Source: an uncultured Gammaproteobacteria bacterium
GTDB lineage: Bacteria; Pseudomonadota; Gammaproteobacteria; JACCXJ01
Length of the DNA stretch: 64,000 bases
Direction: 5' to 3'
Assembly: GCA_963764725.1 (NCBI GenBank)
Contig: CAVXTM010000010.1
Location: 1-64,000, forward strand
The translations under genes and the position numbers were made by a program. Shown here in pieces: positions 62,775-64,000 of the stretch (the stretch's first letter is position 1; each line of letters starts with the position of its first letter). Below the pieces are notes generated by a model that saw only the letters and a list, made by a program, of their open reading frames with translations, was not told the DNA's origin and ran no database searches.

Positions 62775-62862
62775 CATGTAATGCCGCTCAAAGTCATGAA
62801 AAGCAAGATTGTACATGGGCCATGCGCGCAAGGCATCGCGTCGTTGTGATGACGGCGGCGCC
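62775..62862 (-). repeat. argE leader region, copy 2 (uninterrupted)
   Basis: Aligns to 58707-58784 plus 61235-61244. Confidence 0.9.
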
Positions 62863-62931
62863 GGATGAGATGAAATTTTGCTGCGTTTCCTACGCTGCTT
62901 TGGCCCCCTCCGGGGCATCCGTGCTACGTGC

Positions 62932-63357
62932 TCAGCCCATCCGCGACCCAGAGCCTTCCAGTTCTATTAGAAACGCCGCCACCGTAAGGATAGCGATACC
63001 TCGAAATGGATGCTGCATCAGCAGATCCTTGTCGCCGGTCAGAATGCGATCCGCGTCACCGCAGACCGCCAGTTCGAGGAACTTGTTATCTCTTCGATCA
63101 CGGCAGGCGGTGATTTCCTGGTCAATCTTGACCTCCTCACCCGTGGCGATGAACTCGGCGATAAAGGCGCGGGCGGTTTCCGCTTCAATATACCGGGCAA
63201 ACTTCGGTCGAGTGAGCACCTCAGCCAACTCGGCCAAGGTGGCGGAAGAATACAGCAGCGTGTGTTTAGCCGTAACATGATCCAGGACTGGAATGAGCGG
63301 CGAATTTGGATGGATGAGGTAACTGACCCACAGGTTGGTGTCTACCACCACCCTCAT
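62932..63357 (-). CDS. PIN-domain toxin (VapC-like)
   Basis: MRVVVDTN, ELAEVL, CRDRRDNKFLELA, ILTGDKDLL. Confidence 0.92.
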   Translation of the reverse strand: MRVVVDTNLWVSYLIHPNSPLIPVLDHVTAKHTLLYSSATLAELAEVLTRPKFARYIEAETARAFIAEFIATGEEVKIDQEITACRDRRDNKFLELAVCGDADRILTGDKDLLMQHPFRGIAILTVAAFLIELEGSGSRMG

Positions 63358-63551
63358 GCGTCAGACTGCACCAGTTCCTTGAAAATATCATCAGTCATGC
63401 CCCGGCGCTTAGCCTCTTCACGGGCGCGCCGGGCAATGTCGGCTAGGCTCTCATCGACCAGAACGGTCACGGGCTTGTCGGGCGCGATGCCCAGTTGTGC
63501 CAGGATCTTACTGGCGTCGCCCGCAGCGATGTTTTCGATGGCTCGCGTCAT
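63354..63551 (-). CDS. Putative antitoxin of the PIN toxin
   Basis: 65-aa ORF with a 4-bp overlap upstream of PIN; EAKRRGMTDDIFKEL. Confidence 0.75.
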   Translation of the reverse strand: MTRAIENIAAGDASKILAQLGIAPDKPVTVLVDESLADIARRAREEAKRRGMTDDIFKELVQSDA

Positions 63552-63751
63552 ACGCTATCCCCGGTCAGAGCCGGAAGTTTAGGATAGCACCTTAGCACAC
63601 GTCGGATCCTTTTAAAATGGCGTAGTCGGCGTAGCACGGAATAGGTTACGTCGTACGGCGCGCTGAGCGCAGACTATGCTCGCTGTGTCGCGGCTCGCCT
63701 CCCCTACGGTGGAACCGAGTGCCATACGGACGACTCAGTATGGACGCCGCG

Positions 63752-64000
63752 TTTCTCGCCAGCTGGCGCCGTACGGAACTGGTTGCCAGCGGGGTAGGGT
63801 TGTCGCGGCCGTGCAACGGTTCCTCCGCTTTCCGATGAGCGCGCCGGTCACATGGCGATCAGACCTTCCAAGATCCGTGCCCATCTTGCTGTCGTCGGCG
63901 CTGCCGGTTGGCATGAACGGCAGCCCGCGACTTTCTCGCGAGGCTGCGCGCCGTACGGAACTGGTTGCTACGGGCTAGGGTACTCGGCGCCGTGCAACGG
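63752..64000 (+). repeat. About 70-bp direct repeat with 180-bp period, running off the window end
   Basis: TTTCTCGC..GCGCCGTACGGAACTGGTTGC..CGGG.TAGGGT..GCCGTGCAACGG at 63752-63819 and 63932-64000. Confidence 0.85.

Noticed and set aside
63752-64000. CRISPR array
   Set aside because: Only two visible units of about 70 bp, with indels and a spacer of about 110 bp; no cas genes in the window.

Overview
A GC-rich bacterial window, most likely Gammaproteobacteria-like judging from argA/argE, gdhB and mlaC (inference). Intact housekeeping and accessory genes are separated by an unusually dense litter of short gene, IS, group II intron and attC remnants. Intact loci: malic enzyme plus a pyruvate-decarboxylase-type enzyme, a GGDEF/EAL sensor, a FecR-TPR-beta-barrel gene, a ycaC/LysR/pirin cluster, stress-island-type ftsH and htrA with a two-component system, a type III PKS-ACP-FabF cluster, two TA pairs, an Lhr helicase, a heme peroxidase, gdhB and argA/argE. 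The most striking structure is at 58777-61234. It is a transposase-free element with IS256-like terminal inverted repeats and an 8-bp target duplication. Inside, one nuclease/SEC-C cargo gene sits between two 30-bp palindromic sites (12-6-12) whose arms look swapped like attL/attR, suggesting an integron-like gene-cassette system that does not use attC. The element lies in one copy of a duplicated argE leader; the other copy is fused in frame to a TIR/DUF4062-like gene with an amyloid-like tail, upstream of a DGR avd remnant. No CRISPR array, rRNA or tRNA was seen. All family assignments come from motif recognition by eye, not database searches.
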